From: Podarcis vaucheri
Taxonomy: Eukaryota
NCBI GenBank assembly: GCA_965113315.1
Contig: OZ220367.1
Strand: one strand, 5' to 3'
Length of the DNA: 64,000 nucleotides
Shown here: positions 34,377 to 52,900 of the stretch, piece by piece
How the letters are laid out: each line of letters begins with the position of its first letter
Numbering within the stretch: the stretch's first letter is position 1
Translations under genes and position numbers: made by a program
The notes under the pieces: generated by a model
The model's database searches: none
What the model was told of the DNA's origin: nothing
The model's input: the letters and a program-made list of their open reading frames with translations, nothing else

Positions 34377-35187
34377 TTACTGAGATTAGGGCAAATGCAG
34401 CCATTGTACAGTGAAGTGAGCTCCAGTGTAAACCTGCCCTAAATCAGGCAGGGATACCACACAGACTGTGGGGCAGAAAAGCAACACATGATGATACACA
34501 GTATCTGGGCTTACTGGCACTACACAGCAAAGTTACGGGATCGCAGCTGGAGATTCCAGGGTGGGTGCTGTTCCCTTTTCTCTTCCCCTAGCTTCACTCC
34601 TTCCTACAATCATTTTGAAGGCAATGAAATAAGGAGCTGGCTATTGTTACCTAATACAGAATCAGACGTAACTCCAGGGACAACTAAAAATAAAAAAAGA
34701 CTCTTTAGCAAAATTACATGCTCTCTTTAAAAAGACCCATAAAAAATAAATGGTCCTTGAGCATCCCTGTTGTGCTGGCTGAAGCACCCCTAGCTAGCCT
34801 TAATCACCAGTGACCAAACCAAATCGAGCAAGACTACTACAGCTGCCACATAAAATGGAAAGAAGGCAGGAGGGGCTCTCTCTTCGGAATGCTTGGGGAT
34901 TCCCCCCTTCACTTTAGCAGCATCACATTCCATGGCGCTAGGGCTTGCTCATCTGCCAGACCCCTGTGCTGGACTGTGGTCCACATCCCTAGTGTATCTA
35001 GCCATATCCTGCTGGGGGGAAAGTGAATGTGGAAGGACGTTGGTCTTGAAGGAAAGAACGTGGTGGCCCCAGGAAGCTTCACCTCCTTTGGCTTGTCTGC
35101 CCAGTCCCTCAGGCTGTGGCAGGCATGTGCTGGGAAGGAAAGGGATGAGGGAGGGGGAGATCTTCTACGGAGTACTTGGGTTTGCCT

Positions 35188-40203
<5,016 letters not shown>

Positions 40204-41904
40204 GGCGGGATCCGAGAAGCTGGGATGCGATGCAAGCGCCGCGGATGCACTCTACACACTGCGACGCCACCGACCGGGAGGCGCTCGGCCAGGCAAGGGG
40301 CGTGCGCCCAAAGACCAGCCCTCCGTGGTGGCGCATCGCAGGCATCCGCGCAGACAGGCAGCGGACAAATTCCGGGCTCGCTTTTCGCATAACGTTTTTC
40401 TACCCAAGAGAAATGAGAGTTGCCCATCAAGAAAGAAAGAAATCTAAGGTTTCGGCTTAGTTGTGATTGGGCAGCAGAGCTCCCTCTCGCCAAACGCAGC
40501 AGCCAAGATAGGTGTGCAGAACTTTTCGTGTGGAAATCATATTTAAGACATATTTCTAAACGCTAAGTGCAGCGCATCTTTATGCAAGTCAACAGAGTTG
40601 ATCGCCAATTTCGGCTGTGAACAAGTCCGAGGAGAAGATAATTAAAGTATATTTGTGGCAACCTTAAGAGTGTTTTCTATGGGGCTTTTTGTTGTTGTTG
40701 TTGGAAACAAGGCTCGGGCCCATCTCTACTTTGCAAGTGGGCTCCATATGAAATAACTGGCTAATGGCCGAGCAATTTGTCAGTGTATTGAAACAATGTT
40801 AAATAGCACCTGCCACACAAAATAAGATCTGGATTACAAAGGAGCACGCTACATAAAAATTCTTAATATCTCCATTCACTGACTTCTCTGAGCAGTTCTT
40901 CCAGCCCAGGAGAAACTAAAACCGCTTTTAAAGGAGCCAGGAAGTTTGCCTCCAGATAGTTGAATTGTACCTCTGCACCTTTACAATCTCTATGGGCATT
41001 TTAGCCCCACTCAACCCCCTCCCTCCGGATTCAGTATTGCGCATGCTCTGGTTTTCGGTCCGGCCGTCTGTGTCTCAGACTGAAATTCATACGTGCGTTT
41101 TTTAGGAGGAACTATGAAGGTTTGGCGCATGCGTCCAGAAGGAGGCGCCTGGTCGCTCCCTCAGGCACGGCGCGCACGAAGCGCACGCGAAGGGCAACGT
41201 GACCTTCATCCGCTGGGATGGTCACCATTGCAATGTGCCTGGGCATCCCACACTGGCGGTGCTAGAAGGGGCGCGGGGGGGAGTGCCCCCCCAATTAATG
41301 AGCTCGCCCTCACTCCACCCCCTTCAGCTGCTAGACACCTGTCATTAATATTATGGTAATTTTTCTGCCAGAGATCTTAACGTGAGGACACAACTTGCTC
41401 ATCCAGAAGTATACTTTGCTCCTTCTCTGCCCCTCTCCCCCGTTTCATCTGGTGCTACCCCTTCATCCCCGTGGACTGCTCTGTTTTTAAATTTCACCCT
41501 TAATTCAAGATGTTATTTAACAGAGCAAGGAGGATAGATCCCTAAGGAGCCAGACTGGGCAGGTTAGAGTTGTATCATAAGGGGAGCCATAAATTCCAGA
41601 TGGTGTACTTCAGAATGAGCACCAGCTTTGCATAGGATGAATACTTTGGAACAGCCACATGCTAGTGAACAGTAGACACTTAACACCTATAGCACAGGCT
41701 CATAGCCAGTCCAGGCATTGGGGGGGGTGTTTGCAACTTTGCGTGCTTGAATGTTCCTCTTGTGTGGCAGGGAATTCTGCCTCTAGAAAGCTAGAGTGTA
41801 AAGGAATGAAAGTCCCACCTTATTTTCTTCCTGTCGTGCTCAAAGCAGGGCAGATATCTGACCCCCACCCCTGCTAAAGTGATAATGGCCTGAAAAAATC
41901 TTCA

Positions 41905-42700
41905 CAAAAGTGTATGAGAGAATGTGATGCTAACAACCAATACCAAAATGAAGGTCTTCTAGGCTTGCGTGTTGAGCGTGCTGCTTTGTGGAAGTGAGTC
42001 ATGGGCAGGAGTGACATCCCAATGCCTTCCATATGTGCTGCGTCAGGAAGATTTTGGGCATCGCATGGCAGAACAGAGTCTCAAACAAAGATGTGCTCTC
42101 CCAAGCCCACATTCCCAGCCTATTTGCACTTCTGTCTTAGCAACCTTGGTCATGTACACATGGCCAGCCAGGCAGGTTCCCCAAGGATCTCTACAGGGAG
42201 CTGGCTTCAGGCACTACATCAACTCTGTGTTACAAAGATGGCCGCAAACACGACATGAAGGTTGACAACATTAATCTTGCAGTGTAGGAATCCCTTGCAG
42301 ACGTTCACTGTGCCTGGAGATAGACAGACAGGTTGTGTATTCACAGCATGGACCAGAGGAAGAATGACCGCTGGCAGAAGCACAGAGAGAAGCAACATCA
42401 TGGTGCATCTGTAACAGATGTCTTCCCCTCATAGGTGCCAACTCGAACATGAGCACCCACAAAATTCCCCATGAAGGGGCTTGGCACCCACAAATGGGGC
42501 CAGGCACACTGCATGGTACTATGGGCCCGGGCACCCATGGTCACAGGTCCAAGTTGGCACTCCTGCTTTCTCTGCCCCACCTGCAATAAAACATATATTT
42601 CCTGTATTGGTATCTACAGACACAGCAGGTGCTTTAACTCTCCAATAGTTTGACTTTACCCCCCAAGGCACACTCTTCCATAAATGGCCTCCAAGGCACA
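41905..42700 (+). mobile_element. Old RTE-clade LINE fragment between PGAM1 and RRP12
   Basis: Residual TKMKVF*ACVLSVLLCGSESW and RKILGIAWQNRVSNKDVL motifs with many lesions; probably interrupted near 42430-42570. Confidence 0.65.
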
Positions 42701-43499
42701 TGGTCACAGTGTTGACACTAATCAATGCTGCCTAAGGCACTGTGCCTCCAGGTTACCCAATTTTCATACAAGACAAACTGGTGTTATATTTTCCACCAGC
42801 CTTGCTCTTGAAAACAAAATGTAGCACTTTTGAGTGCTACATCTAGCTTCACTAACAATGAACCCCAAAACTTGGGATCTCCTCCAAACCGGTGCCCAAG
42901 TTATTCAGGCATTTTGCCACATCCCCCAAACTGTGAAACAGATACATCAAACTATCCATTTGGAGTAAATTAGACAAGCTCTGGTTTTGAGTGCTGTTAA
43001 CTAGAAAACAGTTTGGAAAGTGCTGCAAAGCTTGAGGTTTCTGTTGCAAAACAACTGCAAAACTTTGGCACTGGTTTGGAGAGTATCGGACAACATTGGG
43101 TTTTGGGGTGACACCCATGATCCCTGGTTTGATGTATCAATTTCTCAGTTCGGGGGCCACTGCAAAACGTAAAATAGGGCTGAAAAACTCTGCAAAACGA
43201 TTGCAAAACGTTGGCACTGGTATGGAGGGGATTCTAAATTTAGGGGTTTGTAGTCAATACACCAATACGCGGCAGAGATGGAGTTGGAACCCATGCCTTT
43301 CTGCGATTAATTGTCAAGAAGGAATGGGATCAACGAATATGGCATTAAACAATAGTTTAACTCTTAGTTAATAAAAAAAACCACAAGTTCGAAATCCGCT
43401 TTATATCTATTTTTTGCTATCAATCTTCACCACGCTCGTGAACAATTTAACCACCTTTTTTAAAAAAAGAAAACACCTTCTGCTGCCATACCAGACAAA

Positions 43500-43930
43500 T
43501 AGACTCATCTAGTGAGTCAAGGACTTGCGGCAGCATTAAGATTCTACTCCCGGCCTTTTACGCCCACTACCCTTTCGTCGCATACGAAGGGTTATTAACG
43601 GGGTCGGAAGTGGATGTTGTATTTTTTCCCCTTTACCTCTTTGGATAGCGGGGGAAAACGTTAGAGGGAAGGCGGAAGTTGATTCTCCGCACGGAGGCGG
43701 ATAACCGGAAGTACTTGGAAAACAAGGCGGAACTGAGGAGCTGCACGTGGGGTTTCTCGTGGCCTCCGCCGTTCAGAATGGGGCGTTCGGGCAAGCTGCG
43801 CTCTGGCTCTGCCAGTAAACTCAAGCGCTGGCGCAAGGGGCATAGCAGCGACAGTAACCCGGAGGGGAGACGCTACCGCCTGGCTGCCCGGGGTCGCTTG
43901 CTCGCTCCCCGATCCGGTATGTGCGGCCAG
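43500..43930 (+). promoter_or_regulatory. RRP12 promoter / CpG island
   Basis: Three ETS/GABP-type CGGAAGT motifs (43605, 43673, 43706) and an E-box CACGTG (43744-43749) just upstream of the ATG at 43778. Confidence 0.8.
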
Positions 43931-46900
43931 GATAAGTGGGGGAATAGAATGCACTTATAGAAGGAGGGGGGGGTCGGAATAGAAGGGCTTCAGAGACAGA
44001 GAGATCTGCTACGAGGGCTTATAGCGTCATGGGGTTGAAGAAAAGCATTCTTCACCCGGAGAAGTGTACTTTGTTTAGTTATCCTACGTTATTGAACGTT
44101 AAAACCATGGAACTGTCTGACATGAATGAATTCCTGTACCCACCGTATGTGATATAGCTGGTGCCAGCATCTTTTGTGCCCCATAATACAATACAGTGGT
44201 ACCTCGGGTTACATACGCTTCAGGTTGCATACGCTTCAGGTTACAGACTCCGCTAACCCAGAAATATTACCTCGGATTAAGAACTTTGCTTCAGGATGAG
44301 AACAGAAATTGTGCTCCAGCGGCGCGGCAGTAGCAGGAGGCCCCATTAGCTAAAGTGGTGCTTCAGGTTAAGAACAGTTAAGAACAGACCTCCGGAACGA
44401 ATTAAGTACTTAACCTGAGGTACCACTGTACAAAAGACAAGAAGTATATATTTTCTCCTATTAAGTGTGACGTTTCATTTTCCACAGCGACCCTTGTTGC
44501 TATGGGTGAAGTACTGCTGCCTGTAGTGCTTGTTCATTGATGGTTAAGTTGGAATAATAGTTGTGGAAGGATACTTGTGTTAATTTTGATACCAAGCCAG
44601 TGAGTAGCTATCTAAAGCCATGGCCAGCCTGTTGTGGATTAATCTCCTTTCTGGATTGCCTGGAAACAACTTGGCTTGGCATTTGTGACTCTCTTGGTAG
44701 GCCTTATATGGACAGAAACCTTATAGCAATCCGTTATGAAGTGTGTTCCCTCCCCAGTGTTGATTGAAGGTTTGTCTTTCCCTTATAGAAAACAGTAACC
44801 TGACTGTGGATGCTCTGAAACTGCACAATGAACTGCAGTCATCAGGACCCCTGCCTGCCTCACGGGATGGGGAAGGGAGTCAGCTGCACATGGAGGAGGA
44901 TGACAATGCCGAAACTGCTAAGACCCACAGATCTTCAGCCACCTTCCTGAGTGGACTGAGTGACTGCACCAGCCTCACCTTCAGTAAAGTGCAACGTTTC
45001 TGGGAGTCCAACTCTGCTGCTCACAAGGAGGTATTTGAATGCCAACTGCTAGGAAGTCACAAGGGCAGTGAAAGGGGGGGCATAGAATATTGGGGGAAAG
45101 CATGCAGAGGAAAAAGTCAGTTTTTGACTGTAAGAGGAGATGGAGTGGAAGAGAGGCCAGCAGAGAAGAAAGTGGGTAAACAATACATTAGAAGGAACAG
45201 AGAAAAGTGGACACCAAGCAACCAAAGTGATAGACTAAAAGAAGTAACAGCAGTCAACTGACAGTGTGTCACTAAAGCAGCAGTTATGTTGTTAGCTCAT
45301 TGTTAACTGCCCTAAAGCTACAAGATTAATAAGTAATACAGTGGTACCTCGGGTTACAGATGCTTCAGGTTACAGACTCCTCTAACCCAGAAATAGTACC
45401 TCGGGTTAAGAACTTTGCTTCAGGATGAGAACAGAAATTGTGTTGTGGCAGCGGGAGGCCCCATTAGCTAAAGTGGTACCTCAGGTTAAGAACAGTTTCA
45501 GGTTAAGAATGGACCTCCAGAATGAATTAAGTTCTTAACCCGAGTACCACTGTAATCATATTCGTAAGAGTTGCCAATCTGCCTCTCTCTGTTCATAACT
45601 GAGAACTGTGTGCACTATATTTGTTATTCAGGATTGAACAATTTATAGTTGTTGGCTGTCTGGTAATAATGTAAGAGATGGATCCTCAGAGGCACATTAT
45701 GAATACACTGGCTTCCTGCTACATATTGGGGGCACTTTGACGCCTTCATTGTTCTGAGGGAAATGGAGGAAGAATTGCTATGCCATTTTGGAAATTTAAA
45801 GCAGAACTTGAATTCATACTTAGATTGCAAGAATGAGAAAAGTGGGCATTGTGCCTCCATCTCCAGACTGAAGGAGCAAGTGAAATGAATGTCAATCTAC
45901 CGCTCATCTCCCTGGATCTCTAGTTCAGACACAATCCTCCTACTCTCATGTCAGCTCAAGAGCCCAGCACAGTGGTTATAGATAGCTGGTCTGCTCTTCC
46001 AGCTATTTGCTTATCTATGTCGAAATCATGGTGACCAGTAATCAGTGGTGAAGTTTTCAGTCTCTCCGGGAAGCATTCATAGGGATGGACAACAATGTTT
46101 ACATGTAGGTGTTGGGGTGGCATGTTGTGAGGGAATGTTAAATTAATTTGGGCTTCAATCTGAATTCTCACACTTGGATTCTTTGATAGATATGTGCGGT
46201 ATTGGCTGCTGTCACCGAGGTGATCCGAGCACAGGGTGGCGTAGAGAGCGAGACAGAGTATTTTGGTGCATTGGTAAGTACCAGTACTGTAAAATGAGGC
46301 AGGCAGGAGCTACCTGGAGGTTTCAGGTCACTGATATGTACAGTTGAGTGTGGTTACCAACAACTGCTGTGATCGCAGTACTCATCAATAATCCCAATAA
46401 ACAAACAGACTTGACCGTCATAAGGCAAATAACAGACAGGAAGTAATGGCAAGACCTTGTAGCATTTGCATGAACAGTTTATCTTACTTCCCTTCATGCT
46501 ATTTACTTATTTATTTTATTACTACATTTACATCTTGCCCTTCAAGGAAAATTTCCAGGGAAGCTTACATAAAATTCAGTAAGCACAACCAACACCAATC
46601 CCACTGGATGAAACAATTCCATACACCAGTTGGAATGATGATGAGAGAAGGCTCCACTTGATATGCACTCAGCCTAGGGAACGGGGAAATAAACCACTAA
46701 GAAAATTGCAAAATGGTGCATCCATAGCCCACTCATGGTAGCAACTGCAGAGGGAGCCAATGAAGTCATGATAACAATTAAGCCCCACAACACAGCCCTT
46801 GTCCATATTTCTGACATTCATCTACAGGTGCTATGATTGGGTGCTCCTTGCAGCATATCCTGCATTTTATCATAACCATGTGGGAGGTGGGGGAAGATTG

Positions 46901-49900
46901 TCACATGAGCCAGCATATGGCCAGGTTGTTGTTGCCATTATTATTATTAAAATTTGGATACTGCCCTTCATCTGAAGATCTCAGGGTGATTCATAGCATA
47001 AAAATACAGAATAAAACCACAAAGTACATAATAGAAACATAATAAGAGCAAAAACAAACCAATAACCTAAAGGTGCTCCGTTAGACTTCAAGATGCAATC
47101 CCAGGGAGTCCAGCATCCTTTCTGATTACTTCCTGCACCATACTATGTCTCCTCAGATGACTACTCTGGAAGCTGTGGAATCTTCAGAGTCCCTGGCTGC
47201 TGTTGCTTACCTGCTGAATCTGGTGTTGAAGAGGTGAGTTCTAAGAACATGAGAAAAGTACTTCTGGACCAGACCAGTGGCCCACGTCAGGATGCTTTAG
47301 AAAACGATTAGAACTATTGAGGATGCAAGCATAACCTTCAATGCTATCTTGACTATTTCCCGGACAAAGGCTGATCTGGATGTAGCTATTGATTGTGTTG
47401 GGCCCTGTTGTGAATCCATTTACACTCTTCACCTCTTTTTATTATATTTTGGCAATGAGTCCCCAAGATAAATATCCTTCCTCTTTGGGTTGCTGTTTAA
47501 TTGATTGACACATTCATATGATGTGTTACTGAAATAAAAGTCCCCAAGCAATTTTTTGCCCCTGACCTTTTAAACTGTCCTTACTGCTAAAAAATCCTGA
47601 ATCTATTAGACATTCATTTTCTGGTATCTTTTATGCAACCCTGATCACTCAAGCACTTCTGTCCACATTTACCACTTCATTATATCTCTGTTTAGATAAG
47701 ATGACCACAACTCCCTACCATGACCCAAGTATGGATGTTGTTGCTCTTACACTTGACAATAGATAACTGTGCAAGTGATGAAGTGCAAGAGCTGGTCTGG
47801 GCCTTTGGTGACTCTCTTGTCTTTTGAAACAGAGTGGGTGATTCATGTACTGGGAGATTAGAAGTATAGGGTGCTACCAAACTAAGCCTAGCTGCAAGAG
47901 AGTAAAGTTCCTTGGAAGCAAAGGGTAGTGGAATATAGTCATACCTTGGATCTTGAACGCCTTGGCTTCCAAACAAATTGGCTCCTGAATGATTGAAACC
48001 CGGAAGTGAGTGTTCTGGTTTTCAAACATTCTTTTGGAAGCCAAACGTACAACAGGGATTCCGTGGCTTCCAATTGGCTGCAGGAGCTTCCTGCAGCCAA
48101 TCAGAAGCTGCACTTTGGTTTCTGAACATTTTGGAAGTTGAACAGACTTCTATAATGGATTCTGTCCGACTTCCAAGGTATGACTGTACTTGCTATTGTT
48201 TTTGCCTAACATTGATGCCTCTTCCTATCTCTTAACTCCCAAATAGGGTACCAGGTCCTGTGCTGATCAAGAAGTTCTCTGATACATCAAAGGCCTTTAT
48301 GGGGATCTTAGGCTCCCAAGCCTGTGCAGACTCCACCTCGGCCCTGCGCTGGGTAAGTGTTTCAGGAGAGGACTAACTGTGGGGCAGGAGGGACATCTGG
48401 ATATTGGGTGTGGGCAGCTGTTGTGGTTAATGGAATCCTTTATGTAGTGTGATGTGCACTTGTGATTGTATTGTGAAATCCCTTTGAGATGCTTCATGGG
48501 AAATAATGCAGAAATGAATATAAATAAATAAAAAATGCATGTCCAGGAGTCAGGGGCCATTCTGCATAGCTTCTTGGTTTATTGCTTCTCACCCCACCAC
48601 CCCCACAAGCAAGGTGTGTGGAGCAGTGCTGGGTTGAGTGAATCCTGTTGATAGGCTCAAAGATAAAGGGCGTAGGTAGTGGTGTCAGATGCATCAGAAA
48701 TTTTAAACTGAACCCCTGGCTTAAGGGCTCACTCGTGTATTCAAGGATGTTTCTTGGCATAGTGATAGCACTCTATATGTCCATCCTTAATCTGTCTGCT
48801 TTCAGGTGCTCTCCTGCCTAGCTACATTGCTGCGAAGACAGAACCTGGTAGCTTGGAATTACCCTGTGACGATGCAAGTTTTTCATGGCATTCTCAGCTT
48901 TACTGTCCATGTCAAGCCCAAGGTGAGTTCACATCACCTACCCTGTTCAGCACAAACCAGTCAGTTTCACTGCACTTGGCAGCATGCACCCCAACGCTGC
49001 CACAGTAACTTTCGCTTTTGTTTCATCTGTTAAATGTATGTCCCACCTTTCCATGTGGAATGCCTATGGGGGCTAACAGTAAAGTATAATAAGAGATGTA
49101 GCTCATTTCCAGTATGCAACTGCTTGGAGCTGGGCATGAAGTAAACAGCCCAGCTCACCACCCTCTCTCCCTCCCCTTTCCTCGGTTGCAGGTTCGCAAG
49201 GCTGCTCAGCATGGCGTTTGCTCCATCCTGAGAGGTAGCGAATTCCTCTTTGGGGATGGGGCTCCCTTGCATCACCCAGCTGCATCTTCTGCTGCCAAGT
49301 TCTGCGTGCAAGAGATTGAGAAAGCTGGAGGTATTGGAGACGGGAGATTCATGAGTTGTGTTTTATTAATATTTGCAAGCTGCTCTGGGACAAATCTCCC
49401 TAAAGGGTGGGCTGTGAGTTTTATAATAACAAACTGTGTTGAGAAGGTAGCAGTGCTAGACCTCTTTGGTTTTCCAGGTGCCAAAGAGGCCACAACCACT
49501 CTTCATGTACTCACCCTGCTGCGTGACTTGCTGCCCTGCCTGCCTGCCCCATCTGTCAAATCTTGCTGCGAGACCCTCCTTCGAGTTATGACCCTCAGCC
49601 ATGTGGTGAGCTCTCTTCTGTTGGTTAACAGTGGCTCTGTGGTGCTGCCTCTGCTCTGGGGATGCCACACCACCCAGTGGGGAGAGCCAACATGCTTCAG
49701 TAAGAATGAAAGCATGAATAGTCTTTGTTTGTTACCAATGGGGGCTTGGTATGAATTACCTATGCTTCTAAAGTCCCTCTTCAGGATGGGAAATAATGGC
49801 CCTGTCACTTTAGGAGGGACACTTCATTACCATATTTGGCACACTGGCTTTTGTGGGGGAGCCAGTGTATCTGGTGCTTTTAAAAGAACTTATTTTTACA

Positions 49901-52900
49901 CATCTTCTCTCCACCCCCAGCTAGTGACAGCATGCGCTATGAAAGCTTTCCACAGCCTCTTCGTTGCCCAGCCGCCCCCATCCTGCCTGCCAGCTGAACT
50001 CAATGCCCAGATCATCGTGGTGAGTACTGTAAGAGTCAGACTAGATGAATGGGGGGGGGTGCATAACCAGCCCTGGGGGCTCAAATATTTAGTTATTCGT
50101 TTTGGTGCATATATATCCTACTTTTCAAGGCAAAAACCCTTCTCAAAGCAATTCACGAGCTAGTATCAATACAACTTTAAAATAATTCAGATTCAGTAAA
50201 CAACCAATAACACTATCTATTCTGCTTTACCAGGCCCTATATGACTATTTACCCAGTGAAAATGACCTTCAGCCTCTGCTGGCCTGGCTATCTGTCATGG
50301 AGCGGGCACATGTCAATCTGGCAAAGTAAGGAGGAGAGTAGTGGGGAAGATGGATGGGTGATGTTGGGTCTACTCCCCAGCTGGTCCATAACAAAAGGTC
50401 TCTCCATTCTCTAGGCTGCAGTGGGATCTGTGCTGGGCTCACCTTTCCCGCCTCTTCAGTGCGGCAATGAACTGCTTCCTTTCTCCTCACACACAGGTGG
50501 CGGCAGCTGCTGCTCAAACCCTAAAGGTACTGTCCTACCTTTACTCCCAAGCATACCATGTAGGGCTGTCAAGAATTGTGTGCTGCTGAAATAAAGATTT
50601 GTTTGGCATTTCAGTGAAAGTATGCAACCCCACTCTCCCCAAAAGTCCTCTTTGTGAATACACACCTACAGAGAACTTTTGTATTGCCAGCTTCAGTTCA
50701 ACCCCGTGATGTAACAGGATACTTGGACCTACAGCCAGTGCTGCAAGCACTGATTGGCACTCACTGAAAGCCTGCTTTAAGGAGGCATCCACTGTGCTGG
50801 TGGGGAACTCCTTAGCACAGTCCATCACTGCAGGCTTGCTGTATAGCCAGTCAGCTGACAGCGCGAGTTTCTCTTGGCAAGGAATAACTGGAGCACTTTA
50901 ATGCTCCTGATTGTTTGGCATCTATGTCACCATGTGGGTAAGAGGGCATGGTTTGAGGAAAACTGCCTTGTGGGCCCAATTGGGACACATGCTGGACTTT
51001 GCCCACCCCTGCTGTAAGGAGAGTGGGCTAGTGTGTGTGTTTGCCTCTTGTTGTAGGTCTTGCTCAATGAATGCATGGCCCCCCACATGGCAGAGCTGGG
51101 GCTGGTTTCCTCTGCCACCCCCTCTGGACCGGCTGCTCACGTCTGCAAGATGTTCAGGTAGAAGAAGTGGCCCAGTGGGTTGAGGGAAAGAGGTCAAAAT
51201 CCTGGTTTTGAAAGGCTGCGTGTTGAATAACTATTTGCTTTTCTCCTTGCAGAGCAGTGGAAGAGGGCTTGACGTACCGATTCCATGCGGCATGGGCCTC
51301 CGTGTTGCAGGTTCTGAAGACTTTCTTTGAAGTGTGTGGGCATCAGTGCCATCTCACCATGTGTAAGGTAAAGGAGTTTCTGTGGTGACTGAGCCCTGTT
51401 CCACAAGAGACAAGAAGGGATCTCCATGGCAAAAGAACATTTGGACACTGAGGCCTTGCAAACTTCTGAGATGCATTGTTGCTAAACTTTTCTAGAGCTC
51501 TTAGGATCGTGAGCTGGAGTTTCGTGGATGCATAAATGTGTGTTATACAGTGGATATAAAGAAGTCAGTGATAGGAGTCATTATAAGAGGGTTGGCTGTT
51601 TTATAGCACATGCTTACTTGTGTGATGCTCTCTTTTGTTTTCCTTTTTCTGCAGTGCTTACAGTCCTTAGCTGACCTGCGTGGCTCCCCACACTTTCCTC
51701 ACACTGTGCTGCTCGACCAGACTCTAGGAGCTGCAGTGACCACTATGGGCCCCGAGGTGGTTCTACAAGCTGTACCCCTAGATATTGATGGCACAGAGTG
51801 AGTATAATCTCTGCCTTTCTGGGTTTCTGATGTTTCTATACCTTCCCATAAGACAAGCCCAGCTGGATCAAGCCATCTAGTTCAACATCCTATTCTCACA
51901 GTGGCCATAGGCAGATTCAAATCAGATTTTGCTACCACCTGAATAGGATAGAAATGTGACTGCCTGAATGGGCATCTGCATCAGGGTTCATATGAAAAGA
52001 AAAGTTGGGATCCCATACTCTTCCATTAATTAGGAACACTGTTGCATGTTGCAAACGCTTGTTTAGAAGGGGTTAGCAAAATCGCATTTGAATCTGCCTT
52101 TGTCATTTAGTTGGATACTCCAAGAACATAAATTCTTGGACAGGATTGTAGGCTGAGCTGGGTGTTTACTACTTGGGGCTTCTACACCTCCACTATCTTA
52201 TGGCATTGTTGTAGCTGAAAGTACTCGCAAAGGAACATCTGCGCCAAGATCCAACATACCCAGGTACATTGCTTTCCCAATCCTCTTAATTTTGTCATTT
52301 GTTCTCTCTTCTGCTTCCTCCACAAGGGAGACACTGGATTTCCCCCGTAGCTGGCTCCTTCCTGTACTCCGAGACAGTATCCGAGATGCACCCCTTGCCT
52401 TCTTCTCCAGTTACTTCCTGCCACTGGCTGCCACTCTAAAACACAGAGGTAACTGACAATGTAGATGGGAAAGACCATGAGCACGTACCAGCAGACCTGA
52501 GTGTTGGACCTTAAAAGAGCACGACAACAGCTCCATCTCTAGGGTTTAAGATTGCAGTAGAGCTGTGGTACATTCTGCCTGGAGAATCCATCGGAAAGTC
52601 TACCATACCAGACATCCCAAAACAAAATCCAGCTTCTAAAGAGAAGTTTGGGCATAAAGAATGAAAAAAAATACAGATGTTAAAGCTCCACATTTGAAGT
52701 CTCTGTCTTGGGATTTAGTTATAGTCTATTGCTGCATACCAGTACTGTTGGCATTCAGCAAGCAGAAATTCATCCTTTGGGTCTGCACCAATTGTGGTTT
52801 TGGATACGGGTTAGATCTGCACAAATATATGGGTCATCTATTGTATGGAGTACATCATGACAGCAGTTGCCTGTTAATTTCATGAGATTTTGTATAATGT

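Noticed and set aside
48784-48805. U12-like branch box TCCTTAAT before RRP12 exon 6
   Set aside because: The donor of this intron is GTAAGT (U2 type) and a pyrimidine tract is present.
49114-50163. 349-aa ORF, the longest in the track
   Set aside because: It is RRP12 exons 7-9 read through two stop-free introns whose lengths (147 and 315 nt) are multiples of three. The intron-derived parts look non-coding, so this is not a separate gene.
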